Positions 1 through 9,978 of a stretch of DNA of 63,485 bases are shown here, piece by piece. The notes beneath the pieces are model-generated. The model saw nothing but the letters and a program-made list of their open reading frames with translations. It ran no database searches and was not told the DNA's origin. This stretch comes from an uncultured delta proteobacterium. GTDB lineage: Bacteria; Desulfobacterota; RBG-13-43-22. The first letter of the stretch is position 1. Each line of letters begins with the position of its first letter. Made by a program: the position numbers and the translations under genes. The stretch spans positions 1-63,485 of the forward strand of contig CAVUPH010000043.1 in the NCBI GenBank assembly GCA_963743305.1. Reading direction: 5' to 3'.

Positions 1-13
1 GGAGAAGAAAAAA

Positions 14-244
14 ATGTCGAAGAAACTCGAAGAAGCCGTGGCCCTTTTGAGCGAACTCAGCCTTGACGAGCGGGGGCAACTGGCAGCAAAGATCCTCCTT
101 AGCCTGGAAGAGCCCTCTGAAGAAGAGGTAGAAAAACTCTGGATAGCCGAGGCTGAGCGTCGTCTTCTAGAATATCGCGAGGGAAAAGTTAGGGGGATTC
201 CCGCCGAAGAGGTATTTCAAAAGACGATTGAAGACATTTCCTGA
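14..244 (+). CDS. Putative addiction-module (TIGR02574-like) antitoxin component
   Basis: 76 aa acidic protein with the family pattern L(S/P)xxER..LA..LL.SL..WxxEAERR..GKVxGIPxEEV; RBS GGAG at window start. Confidence 0.75.
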   Translation: MSKKLEEAVALLSELSLDERGQLAAKILLSLEEPSEEEVEKLWIAEAERRLLEYREGKVRGIPAEEVFQKTIEDIS

Positions 245-289
245 ACATTTTATTTGACATGATAATTTAAATAGCTTATTTCATATATC

Positions 290-1444
290 ATGTATAAAAG
301 AATAATCCAGTTCCCGTTGAAAACCAGTTGTTTTTTGTGGGGACCCCGCCAGACAGGTAAGAGTACCTTGCTCCGGGAACGATTTCCCGCCTCCAAGCGG
401 TATGACCTCTTGCTTTCCGATGAATTCAGGCGCTTGCTGCATCAACCTTCCTTACTCCGGGAGGAATGCCTGGCCCTGCAAAAGCGAGGAGAATTTAAGG
501 GTCAACCCGTCATTGTAGATGAGGTTCAAAAGATCCCCGATCTCCTGGATGAAATCCACTGGTTGATGGAAAACAAAGGACTTCGATTCCTACTTAGTGG
601 ATCAAGCGCTCGGAAGTTGAAACGAGGACAGGGGAACCTCTTGGGAGGCAGGGCGGTCCGGCTTGAACTTCATCCCCTCGTTTTTCCGGAGATCCCGGAT
701 TTTTCATTACTGCAAGCCCTGAACCATGGACTTCTACCGCCTCACTACGGGAACGAGATGGCTCGAACTCGGCTCGAAGCCTATGTGGGGGATTACTTAA
801 AAGAGGAGATCACCGCGGAGGCGGTCACCCGAAATATTCCCGGCTTCAGCCGGTTCCTGGAGATGGCCGCCTTGTCCAACGGGGAGGTCGTCCAATTCAG
901 CACCATCGCCCGTGACTGCGGGGTCAGTTCCCCAACGGTCAAGGCCTATTACCAGATCCTGGATGACACTTTAATCGGTCGATGGGTTCCGGCCTATCAG
1001 AAACGGCCCAAACGGCGGGTGATCTTATCCCCACGATTTTACTTTTTTGACGTTGGGGTGGTGGGTTTCCTCACCCGGCGCGGGCAGGTAGAGCAGGGTT
1101 CTGAACTTTTTGGAAGAGCCTTTGAACATTTCATATTCCTCGAACTGGCCGCCCACTCCCGCTACTCAGGGTTGCATTATCCGATTTCCTATTGGCGCAC
1201 GGCCTCCCAGTTGGAAGTGGATTTCATCCTGGGCGACCATCAGGCTTCACTGGAGGTGAAGGGAACTTCCTTAGCCCAGACGCATCATCTAAACGGGCTG
1301 GTTGCCTTTGAAGAGGAATATAAAACGGAACGCCGTCTCTTGGTGACCTGTGATCCTCAACCGAGGATCGTCCGGGGGGATATAGAAATCCTCCCCTGGA
1401 AAATATTTTTAGAGGACCTCTGGGCCGGGAAAATTATTCACTGA
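290..1444 (+). CDS. AAA_14-family ATPase with C-terminal DUF4143 domain
   Basis: Walker A GPRQTGKS, Walker B IVDEVQK, LSGSS motif, PRFYFFDVG, C-terminal YWRT..EVDFI..EVK. Confidence 0.9.
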   Translation: MYKRIIQFPLKTSCFLWGPRQTGKSTLLRERFPASKRYDLLLSDEFRRLLHQPSLLREECLALQKRGEFKGQPVIVDEVQKIPDLLDEIHWLMENKGLRFLLSGSSARKLKRGQGNLLGGRAVRLELHPLVFPEIPDFSLLQALNHGLLPPHYGNEMARTRLEAYVGDYLKEEITAEAVTRNIPGFSRFLEMAALSNGEVVQFSTIARDCGVSSPTVKAYYQILDDTLIGRWVPAYQKRPKRRVILSPRFYFFDVGVVGFLTRRGQVEQGSELFGRAFEHFIFLELAAHSRYSGLHYPISYWRTASQLEVDFILGDHQASLEVKGTSLAQTHHLNGLVAFEEEYKTERRLLVTCDPQPRIVRGDIEILPWKIFLEDLWAGKIIH

Positions 1445-1445
1445 A

Positions 1446-1490
1446 TATCTGGAGGGATGGATCCGCTTCGATTGATCCACCCTCCAGATA
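1446..1490. terminator. Strong hairpin between convergent genes
   Basis: TATCTGGAGGG(A)TGGATC ... GATCCACCCTCCAGATA inverted repeat directly after the ATPase stop. Confidence 0.55.
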
Positions 1491-1501
1491 GCTGATAAGA
1501 C

Positions 1502-1535
1502 GAGATTGCTTCGTCCCTTCGGTCCTCGCAATGAC
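1502..1535. repeat. REP-like palindromic repeat, half copy (GAGATTGCTTCG...CTCGCAATGAC family)
   Basis: Near-identical to 3934-3967 and to both arms of 8095-8182. Confidence 0.8.
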
Positions 1536-1584
1536 GGCACTAGGGGTTTTTTGTGAAACCATCTTCAAATTTTCGATTTAGGGA

Positions 1585-3862
1585 TCACACCGTTTTTTTC
1601 TGTTTCAACGCCGCCACGATCTTCTCCGGGGTGATCGGCAAATCATTGATCCGGACCCCGATGGCGTCGTAGATGGCGTTGGCGATGGCCGGGGCGGTGG
1701 GCACGCAGCCGGGTTCACCGATGCCTTTGGCGCCGAAGGGGCCGGCCGGGTCGTCGGTTTCCACCACCAGGGCCTTGATCGGAATCCGGTCCTTGGCGGT
1801 GAGCATTTTATAATCCCGAAAGTTCGGGTTCATGACCTCGCCTTTATGCAGAATGAGCTGTTCGCTCAGGGCATAGCCCACCCCCATGGCGATCCCGCCG
1901 TAGACCTGTCCCTCGAGGAGCAAAGGATTAATGGCCCGGCCCACGTCATGGGCGGCCACGTAGTTCAGGATCTTGACCTTGCCGGTTTCCGGATCCACTT
2001 CGACTTCCACCCCATGGGCCCCGAAGGCGTAGGCCATGGACATATTCCCCTTGAATTCCCGATCGAGGTTATCATTGGCCGGGTCGTAAAAATATTCCCC
2101 CATGATCATCGTGCCCCCGGGGCTGTAGTGGGCCTTGCGCAAGATCTTCTCTAGGGAGAGGGACCGGTCGGGGCTGCCCTTGACTGAGATCTTCCGGCCG
2201 CTCAAAATCAGATCGGCCCGGATGGGCCTCTAGCTCTCGGGAGGCGATTTCCAGAATCCGGTTCTTCACCTGGCGGGCGGCCATCAGGGCGGAGTTGCCG
2301 GCCACAAAGGTGGTCCGACTGGCGTGAGCGCCCACGTCCCAAGGGCAGACGTCGGTATCCTGGTTGATCACGTTGATGTCCTCCACCGTCAGCCCTAATT
2401 CTTCGGCGACGATCTGGGCGATCACCGTTTCCGATCCCTGTCCCATTTCGCTGGCCCCGGTAAAAACATCCACCTTGCCGTAGTCGTCCATCTTGATGAT
2501 GGTCCCGCAGCCGTCGGATTTGTACACCCGGGCCCCGCCGCCCACATGGATCAGGGAAGCCATCCCCACCCCACGGTTTTTCTGCCGGCCTTTTTTTTCC
2601 GTCCAGTTCAGTTCCCGAGCCACGGATTCCAGACAGGCCGGAAGGCCGCAACTGGTTATTTTAAGGCCCTGAGGGCTGATTTCACCCGGGGTGTTGCTGT
2701 TCAGCCTCCGAAATTCATACGGATCGATCCCGGCCTTTTCGGCCAGGATGTCCAACTGGCTTTCGATGGCGAACGTGGCCTGGGGATTGCCGTAGCCCCG
2801 CATGGCCTGACTATAGGTGTTGTTGGTGTAGACGCACTGGGCGATAAATCGGATATTAGGGACTTGGTAGAGGGAGGAGATGGGCATCATCATGACCGAA
2901 GGGGTCGTCGCTCCCCAGGAAGTATAGGCCCCGTTATCGAGAATCATGGTCAGGTCGCGGAAGGTGAGCCGGCCTTCCCGGGTGCAGCCCTGGGCGATAT
3001 CGATGATCGCCGGCTGGCGGGTGGATGTATCTTTAAATTCCTCCTGGCGGTCAAAGATGATCTTGATCGGCTTGCGGACGGCCCTGGCCAGCAGAATGGC
3101 GATGTACTCATAGGCATAGGTGTCCAGCTTGCTGCCGAAAGCCCCGCCGATGAAGGTCTGAATGATTCGGACCCGGGATTCCTTCAGCCCCAGGGCCTTC
3201 AGGAATTCCAGGTAATCTTTCTGGGCCAGCGAAGGGATCTGGGTATTGCTGTACATGGTCAGGTTGTTGCGCAAATCGAAATCGGCGATGCAGCCGCTGG
3301 TGCCCAGGCAGCAATGGGTCACCCAGGTGACTTTGAACCGGTCCTGGGCCACAAAGTCCGAATTCTTACGCGCTTCCTCCACATCGCCGCAGATGAGTTT
3401 CCACGGCAATTTGAGCAGATTGGACTTATGCGCTTCATGGATCAGCGGGGCCCCGGACTGAAGCGCCTCCTCCGGGTCGAAGAGGGCCGGCAGCGGGCTA
3501 TAGGTCACTTCGATTAAGTTCAGGGCCTCCCGGGCGATTTCCGGATCAATGGCCGCCACGGCGGCCACTTCGTCGCGGTAGGACCGCACCTTGCCGGTTT
3601 TGAGCGGCGTGTTGTCTTTATAAAAACCGAATTTGAGCGGGGGAAGCTGGTCGCCGGTCAACACCGCCCGGACACCGGGAAATTTTTCCGCCCGGGAGGT
3701 ATCGATTTTTTCTATTTTGGCATGAGGATATTTGCTGTATAAAATTTTTCCATAAAGCATCCCCGGCAGCTTCACGTCTTGGATATACCGGGCCCGGCCG
3801 GTAACCTTATCAAGGGCATCCCGCTTCGGGATGCGTTGACCTACGACCTGTAGTTCTTCCAT
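1585..3862 (-). CDS. Xanthine dehydrogenase-family molybdopterin-binding (large) subunit; one frameshift near 2219
   Basis: ORFs 2072..3862 and 1585..2205 join; motifs KVTGRARY, GGAFGSK, AMRGYGNPQ, EMGQG, GAHASRTT, HDVGRAINP, GAKGIGEPG. Confidence 0.9.
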
Positions 3863-3933
3863 AAATCCCTCGTCTCTTTTCGTTTCTCAGAATTTGATGA
3901 CCAGCTTCGGAAATAGCATCTCTCGGTTCCTTG

Positions 3934-3967
3934 GAGATTGCTTCGTCGCTTCACTCCTCGCAATGAC
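3934..3967. repeat. REP-like palindromic repeat, half copy
   Basis: GAGATTGCTTCGTCGCTTCACTCCTCGCAATGAC in the intergenic gap. Confidence 0.8.
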
Positions 3968-4035
3968 CGCGGGCGATAATGGCCTGCTTTTCAGCATCCG
4001 CTATCGTCTTTCCATTTTGTCCAGTATCCGAAGTT

Positions 4036-4534
4036 CTATGTCTCCCGGGTTATGAACTCCACGTCCTTTTCTTCATAGGCGCTCAAGGACTGAACGGCCT
4101 GGATGATCTGGGCGTAGCCGGTACACCGGCAGAAATTGCCTGCCAGGGCTGTCCGGATATCGTCTTCCGCCGGATGGGGATTTTCGTCCAGGAGCGCCTT
4201 GGCCGACAAGATCATGCCCGGGGTGCAGAAACCGCACTGAACGGCCCCATAGTTAATAAAGGCCTCCTGGAGGGGATGGAGGGATCCATCCGCAGCCGGC
4301 CAGCCCTTCGATGGTGGTCACCTCCCGCCCTTCAGCCTCCAGCACCGGGAAAAGGCAGGCGTTGACCGCCAGACCGTCCAGCAATACCGTGCAGGCCCCG
4401 CATTCCCCTTGCCCGCAGCCCTCCTTGGTCCCGGTAAGTTCCAAATGGTCCCGTAATAATTCCAATAGGGTCCAGTGGGGTTCCACCAACGTCTCCAGGG
4501 GATGGCCGTTTAATTTAAAAACCATTTTTTGCAT
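4036..4534 (-). CDS. Xanthine dehydrogenase-family 2x[2Fe-2S] (small) subunit; frameshift near 4290
   Basis: GTKEGCGQGECGACTV in ORF 4253..4534, continuing in another frame as QCGFCTPG...GNFCRCTGY to TAG at 4036-4038. Confidence 0.9.
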
Positions 4535-4575
4535 AATAGGATTAGAACCTCCTGAATAGGAATGCTAACCAAAGA

Positions 4576-5451
4576 TTATTTATTCTTAATTCTTTCCAGC
4601 ACTTTTAAACCCATTCGCCGGACCAGGGTCTCCACCATTTCCCGGCGATACCAGGCCTGTCCGCGGATACTGTCGCGGACTTTGGTTTCCTTGGCGGCGA
4701 TCAAGCCGGCTTCGGTCAGGGTGGCTTCGCTGATTTCCTGTCCCTCTAAAAATTCTTCGGCCAAATAAGCGCGGATAGGAGTGGGAGCGGCCACGCCCAG
4801 TCCGAACCGGGCCTTGGCGCAGGTTTTCAGGTCCGGACTCAGGGCCAGGAAACAGCCTACGCCCACGATGGGCAGCTCCATGGCCTCCCGTCGGGTATGC
4901 TTGACATAGCCGCCGCCGCTGTTGGCCGGCAGGGGCGGGATAAAAAATTCGGTCAATATTTCCCCCGGCTCCATCAGGGTCAGGCCCGGCCCCAGAAAAA
5001 AACTTTTCAGCGGCAGGGAACGTTTCCCTTTGGGTCCCACCAGGGTTACCTGGGCGCCCAGGATGAGCAAAGGGATCACCCCGTCGGCGGAGGGGACGGC
5101 ATTGCAGATGTTGCCCCCGATGGTGGCCACGTTGCGGATTTGCACCGACCCGATATGCTCGACGGCATCGGAGATACAGGGATAATAGCGACGGATCAAG
5201 GACGATTGCTCCAGCATCCGGTGGGTGGTCAGGGCGCCGAGACGCAAGATGCCTTCCGGGTCCCGGTGGATATAGGCCAGGTCGGGGATATGGCGCAGGG
5301 AAATCAAATAATCCGGCGTCATCTTCCTTTCTTTGATTTTAACGATCACATCGGTCCCCCCGGCGATATAGCGACCTTTTTCGCCATGGGACTCCAAAAG
5401 TGAAATGGCTTCATTAATGGACTTTGGTCTCAAGTATTCGAAAGAAGGCAT
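4576..5451 (-). CDS. Xanthine dehydrogenase-family FAD-binding (medium) subunit
   Basis: IAGGTD, QIRNVATIGGN, PSADG, RGQAWYRR motifs. Confidence 0.92.
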   Translation of the reverse strand: MPSFEYLRPKSINEAISLLESHGEKGRYIAGGTDVIVKIKERKMTPDYLISLRHIPDLAYIHRDPEGILRLGALTTHRMLEQSSLIRRYYPCISDAVEHIGSVQIRNVATIGGNICNAVPSADGVIPLLILGAQVTLVGPKGKRSLPLKSFFLGPGLTLMEPGEILTEFFIPPLPANSGGGYVKHTRREAMELPIVGVGCFLALSPDLKTCAKARFGLGVAAPTPIRAYLAEEFLEGQEISEATLTEAGLIAAKETKVRDSIRGQAWYRREMVETLVRRMGLKVLERIKNK

Positions 5452-5475
5452 GGGATTTAGTTCTCAATCCTTTCT

Positions 5476-5500
5476 GCCTCTCCCCGTGCGGGGGAGAGGC
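5476..5500. repeat. GC-rich palindrome (CCTCTCCCC-N-GGGGAGAGG type)
   Basis: Perfect 10 bp inverted repeat GCCTCTCCCC/GGGGAGAGGC; related to 56878-56916. Confidence 0.55.
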
Positions 5501-5516
5501 AAAATGAGTTCTCGGT

Positions 5517-6680
5517 TTATTCGACCAGCTTCCACTTCCCATTCTCTATGCGCACCAAGATCATGGAATCGGTGCCCAAACCATTGTGGTCTTCGGGAGT
5601 CAAATTGTAGATTCCGCTGACGCCGACATAATTCTTGGTATGTTCGATGGCGTCCCGTAACTTATTTTTTTCGGTGCCCACCTTCTTCATGGCATTGGCC
5701 ACAATATAGATGGCATCCCAGGCATACCCCGAGTGGGCATTGATGGCAAATTGTTTATCGTGGTGATAGACATCATTGTACAGGTGGACAAATTCCTTGA
5801 TGACCTTCTTCTGGGGATCCTTGTCGGAGAGCTGTTCCCAGGCCATGAGCTTGGTGGAGGGCATCATGTTCCCTTCGGCGGCCGATCCGGCCAGCTCAAT
5901 ATATTTAGGATCCGGCAACCCATGGCACTGAAACAAAGGAGTGTTGATGTTGAGTTGCTTCACGTTCTTGGCCACGATCGCTCCGGCAGGACCGATGGTC
6001 CAGCAGATGATCGCCTCGGGATTGACGGCCTTGATCTTGGTCAACTGGGAGGTCATATCCGTATCCTTGGGATTAAAGGACTCATCGGCAATAATGGACA
6101 GTCCGTGTTGGGAGGCCAGTTTTTCCAGCCAACGCTTGCCGTCCTTGCCGAAGCCGTCCGAGGCGGTGATCAGCGCGATTTTTTTCAGGTTTTTTTTCTG
6201 CAGATACTGGTAAACTTTTTCAACCGCGGTCGAACTGCGCTGGGGAGACTTGAAAACCCATTTGAACGTCCCCAGCGGACCGCCGCCCATGATCACCGGA
6301 TCTCCGCCCACGGTCATGAAGGTGGGGATTTCGGCCTCCTCGATCAATTTTTTCACGGCCATGCCCAGATCAGTGCGGTCCGGACCGATGACCGCGGCCA
6401 CCTTGTCGACATTGATGAATTTCTTAATGACCATGACCGCCTTGGTGGGGTCGGATTCGGTATCCCCCAGAACCAGCTCGATAGGCCGGCCGTTGATTCC
6501 TCCCTCTTTATTGATTTTTTCCACCACCATTTGCGTAACCAGTTTCGTCGGAGTCCCGATGGCGGCCGCCGGGCCGGATAAGGAATAAAAGGCGCCGATC
6601 TTAATCGGCTCCGCGGCAAAGGCCGAAGACCAGCACAGCACCAACAAACCCAGCAAAGCAAAGATTCCCAGTTTTTTCAT
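5517..6680 (-). CDS. ABC transporter substrate-binding protein, branched-chain amino acid/aromatic acid (LivK-like) family
   Basis: Signal peptide ending AFA-AE, IKIGAFYSLSGPAA, GGINGRPIEL, GVSGIYNLTPEDHNGL. Confidence 0.9.
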   Translation of the reverse strand: MKKLGIFALLGLLVLCWSSAFAAEPIKIGAFYSLSGPAAAIGTPTKLVTQMVVEKINKEGGINGRPIELVLGDTESDPTKAVMVIKKFINVDKVAAVIGPDRTDLGMAVKKLIEEAEIPTFMTVGGDPVIMGGGPLGTFKWVFKSPQRSSTAVEKVYQYLQKKNLKKIALITASDGFGKDGKRWLEKLASQHGLSIIADESFNPKDTDMTSQLTKIKAVNPEAIICWTIGPAGAIVAKNVKQLNINTPLFQCHGLPDPKYIELAGSAAEGNMMPSTKLMAWEQLSDKDPQKKVIKEFVHLYNDVYHHDKQFAINAHSGYAWDAIYIVANAMKKVGTEKNKLRDAIEHTKNYVGVSGIYNLTPEDHNGLGTDSMILVRIENGKWKLVE

Positions 6681-6762
6681 TTGTTCTTCCTCCTTTTTTG
6701 AAATTTATCGGAAATTACCCTTTCCTTCTTCCCAGTTAGCCCCCTTCACCTCCTCGCGCGGC

Positions 6763-8052
6763 TTATATCCTGCTGTCGAAAACCCTCTTCGACTTCCGTT
6801 CCGATCGGGGCAGCATCCCGTAGTCGACCAGCTCAATCCGGGCGCTGACCAAGACCTGCTGTTTGATGCGCGCTTCAATCTTTTTGGCGAGATCGCTATC
6901 CCGAGCCGCGTCTTCTCCGCCGGCCCGTTCGAGGCGGACCAGCAGGGTATCTTTCCCGTCCGTCCCCCGGTTTAAATGGATCTGATATTCACTGCCCACC
7001 TCGGGGATTTCCGAAAGGATATGATCCAATTGGGCCGGATAGAGATTGACGCCCCGAAAAATAATCATGTCGTCGGAACGCCCCAAGATCCGGTCGTGCC
7101 GAGGCAGGATATTCCCGCAGGAGCAGGGGCCGGCGATCAACCGGGTCAGGTCCCGGGTTCGGTAACGGATTAAGGGCGCCGCCTCCTTGCACAAGGTGGT
7201 GACCACCATTTCTCCGGTCTGGCCAGGTTCCACCGGTTCCAGGGACAAGGGGTCCAGCAATTCAAGCAGATAATAATCGGCCCAATAATGAATACCCTCG
7301 TGGCGAACGCAGTCCAACCCGGTTCCCGGCCCGTAGAGTTCCGTCAATCCCGGGATATCAAACAGTTCTTCCAGCCCCAGCAGTTCTTGGATGCGCTTTC
7401 GTTGGGCCGCACTGCTTCGTTCCGAACCAAAGATGATTTTTTTTAAAGCGATCTTCCCTCGTAGCCCCCGCTTTTCCACCTCCTCGGCCATCAGCAGGGC
7501 CATGGAAGCGGTACAACAAAGGACCGTGGATTGAAGGTCCTCCAGAAACTGGCATTGGAGATCGATATTTCCGGGTCCTATCGGGATGGCCAGGGCTCCG
7601 AACCTTTCGCAGCCCAATTGAAAACCGACGCCGGCGGTCCAGACCCCGTAGCCCACGGCGATCTGGACCCGGTCCTCGCGGGACAATCCGGCCATCTCAT
7701 AGCAGCGGGCAAAAAAATGGGCCCAATCGTCGATGTCTTTCTGGGAATAGGCCAGGATCTTCCGCTTCCCGGTTGTGCCGGAGGAGGCGTGGATGCGGAC
7801 CACTTGTTCCAAGGGGACCGAAAGCAGCGGAAAGGGATACCCGTCCCGCAGGTCCTGGGCGGTGACAAAAGGCAGCCGGCGGATATCGTCCAACGATTTA
7901 ATATCTCCAGGCTTGATCCCGGCTTCGTCGAATTTATTTCGGTAGAAAGCCGATCCGCCATAGGCATGGTTGAAAGTCCATTGCAGGCCCTTCAGTTGAT
8001 GGGCAGCTAATTCCTCAGATGAAACAAACGAAGGCATGAAGGTGTCAGGCAT
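6763..8052 (-). CDS. Phenylacetate-CoA ligase (PaaK)-family aryl-CoA ligase
   Basis: RIHASSGTTGK, PLIRYRTRDLT, GRSDDMIIFRGVN, KSKRVFD. Confidence 0.9.
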   Translation of the reverse strand: MPDTFMPSFVSSEELAAHQLKGLQWTFNHAYGGSAFYRNKFDEAGIKPGDIKSLDDIRRLPFVTAQDLRDGYPFPLLSVPLEQVVRIHASSGTTGKRKILAYSQKDIDDWAHFFARCYEMAGLSREDRVQIAVGYGVWTAGVGFQLGCERFGALAIPIGPGNIDLQCQFLEDLQSTVLCCTASMALLMAEEVEKRGLRGKIALKKIIFGSERSSAAQRKRIQELLGLEELFDIPGLTELYGPGTGLDCVRHEGIHYWADYYLLELLDPLSLEPVEPGQTGEMVVTTLCKEAAPLIRYRTRDLTRLIAGPCSCGNILPRHDRILGRSDDMIIFRGVNLYPAQLDHILSEIPEVGSEYQIHLNRGTDGKDTLLVRLERAGGEDAARDSDLAKKIEARIKQQVLVSARIELVDYGMLPRSERKSKRVFDSRI

Positions 8053-8094
8053 AGGTATTCTCTTAGAAAATTCTCCTCAGATTATTTTCGTTCA

Positions 8095-8182
8095 GTCATT
8101 GCGAAGAGTGGAGCGACGAAGCAATCCCTACATCAGCACATAGACCTTTACCGGGGGATTGCTTCGCTTCGCTCGCAATGAC
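8095..8182. repeat. Full two-armed REP-like element
   Basis: GTCATTGCGAAGAGTGGAGCGACGAAGCAATCCC (8095-8128) and GGGATTGCTTCGCTTCGCTCGCAATGAC (8155-8182) form an inverted pair. Confidence 0.8.
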
Positions 8183-8203
8183 GGGTTTTCCCGTAGCTTT
8201 TCC

Positions 8204-9916
8204 TCATCGGCCCCGAATTCTTTTTGTTTCAGCCTCATCGGCTTCCTGGGTGACGGGGTCAATTTCAACCCCATATTCGTTCCTGGCGTTTTCCGGGCTG
8301 ACATATCCCTCCCGCACGTCTTCGGCCACTAATTCGGTCTCACGTTCGAAGGGATGTCCATAGCCGCCTCCGCCAGGAGCATCGATGATCACCCGGTCCC
8401 CGGGCTTCAACTGGGTTAATCCATAGGAATTCCCCGGTTCCCCGTTGATGAGGAATTGGGCCCGGGCACCGGGCCGGCCGTCAAAAAGCCCTTCCGCCGG
8501 GTAGCTGAACCTTCCCGCCTGGATTCCCAGGTTGACCGGCGGGATCGGGGCGTACTGGTCAGCGGGTATCCGAAAAACTTCTCTTTTCCCGAGGCCGCCC
8601 TTCATTCTCCCGGGTCCTCCCGAATCGATGAGGAGCTCCCGCTTTTCCACGATAAGCGGGGTGTCGCTTTCAAATATTTCTATCGGGGTATTCGCGCCGT
8701 TGGCCGGGAAGATGTAAACGTAATTACCGTCGTTGGCCGCTCCGGCCCCCATGCCGCCTCCCCGGATGATCACGGAATGCCAGGGCTTCCCGTCTTTCCT
8801 TCTCCCGTAAAAGACGTTCATCGCCGCCGGGGTCCCGCCGGATCCGGCAATGACTTTTTGAGGTAACACTTCGGAAAGAGCCCGGTAGATGACTTCGGTC
8901 ATGAAATGTCCCACCCCCATCCGGGCTGCCACGGCGGCCGGAAATTTGCAATTTACCACGCTCCCCTCCGGGGCGGTCAAACGTATCGGCCGGGCACAGC
9001 CTTCGTTATTTGGGATATCCGGAGCAAACATACTTTTGATGGCCATGAAGACATAGGCAAAGGTAAAATTGAAAACCACGTTGCCGCCCCAGTTGACCTG
9101 CCCGGAAGAGCCGGCAAGGTCCACCAGGATGTCGCTCCCCTTGATCTCGACCTGGGCTTGGATCACGATGTCCTCTTTTCCCCTGGCCTGTTCGATGAGG
9201 CCTTGGGCCCGGTAAATACCGTCCGGGATCTTTTCGATCTCTTCCCGCATGCTTTTTTCCGTCAGACGGATAATCTGGTCGGCCAGGTCGTCCAGGTTCT
9301 CCAGGTCACTCTCCTTAAGCATCTGGCCAACCTTTTCGGCGCAGACGAAGTTTGCTGAAATTTGCGAGCGGATATCTCCGGTAACCTCATCAGGCGTCCG
9401 AACATTCCAGCGGATCAAATCCAGGACCGATTGGTTGAGGACCCCTCGGTCATAGAGCCTCACGAAAGGGATGAACAGGCCTTCTTCGAAGACATCATGA
9501 TTGTCGGAGGCCACGCGGCCTCCGATATCGGAGTGATGAAAAACACAAGCGGTGAAGGCGACCAATTGTTCCCGGTAGAAAATCGGGCTCATGACACAGA
9601 TGTCATTCAGGTGCCCCGCCAGGGCCCAGGGATCATTGGTAATAAATACGTCCCCTGGCTGGTAGGTGTCGGCCGGATACTTATTGACGAGGGCCTTTAC
9701 CCCCAGGGCCATGGCCCCCGACTGGCCGGGGGTGGCAAAGGTCCCCTGGGCCAGTTCCCGACCCTTGCGGTCGGTAAACATACAGGTGTAATCGTGGGCA
9801 TCCCGGAGCAGACTCGAGAAGGCGGTCCGAGCCACACTGCCGTCCGCCTCGTCCACGATGGCGATCAGCCTGCGCCATAAAATTTCTAAAGTGATCGGAT
9901 CAAACGCGCGACCCAT
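8204..9916 (-). CDS. Hydantoinase B / 5-oxoprolinase-family subunit
   Basis: DPITLEI, FITNDPW..GHLND, HHSDIGG, NTPIE, SGGPGRMKGGLG, PGGGGYG. Confidence 0.92.
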   Translation of the reverse strand: MGRAFDPITLEILWRRLIAIVDEADGSVARTAFSSLLRDAHDYTCMFTDRKGRELAQGTFATPGQSGAMALGVKALVNKYPADTYQPGDVFITNDPWALAGHLNDICVMSPIFYREQLVAFTACVFHHSDIGGRVASDNHDVFEEGLFIPFVRLYDRGVLNQSVLDLIRWNVRTPDEVTGDIRSQISANFVCAEKVGQMLKESDLENLDDLADQIIRLTEKSMREEIEKIPDGIYRAQGLIEQARGKEDIVIQAQVEIKGSDILVDLAGSSGQVNWGGNVVFNFTFAYVFMAIKSMFAPDIPNNEGCARPIRLTAPEGSVVNCKFPAAVAARMGVGHFMTEVIYRALSEVLPQKVIAGSGGTPAAMNVFYGRRKDGKPWHSVIIRGGGMGAGAANDGNYVYIFPANGANTPIEIFESDTPLIVEKRELLIDSGGPGRMKGGLGKREVFRIPADQYAPIPPVNLGIQAGRFSYPAEGLFDGRPGARAQFLINGEPGNSYGLTQLKPGDRVIIDAPGGGGYGHPFERETELVAEDVREGYVSPENARNEYGVEIDPVTQEADEAETKRIRGR

Positions 9917-9978
9917 TCGTCAGCCCCCCTAAAATTCTCAAATCAAAAAAAGTAAATTCTGAAAATTTAGCCAAAATT

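Noticed and set aside
1585-5451. Specific call as 4-hydroxybenzoyl-CoA reductase, CO dehydrogenase or xanthine dehydrogenase
   Set aside because: The FAD subunit lacks the [4Fe-4S] insertion of HcrB and the large subunit lacks the AYxCSFR CODH motif; substrate cannot be assigned beyond family level
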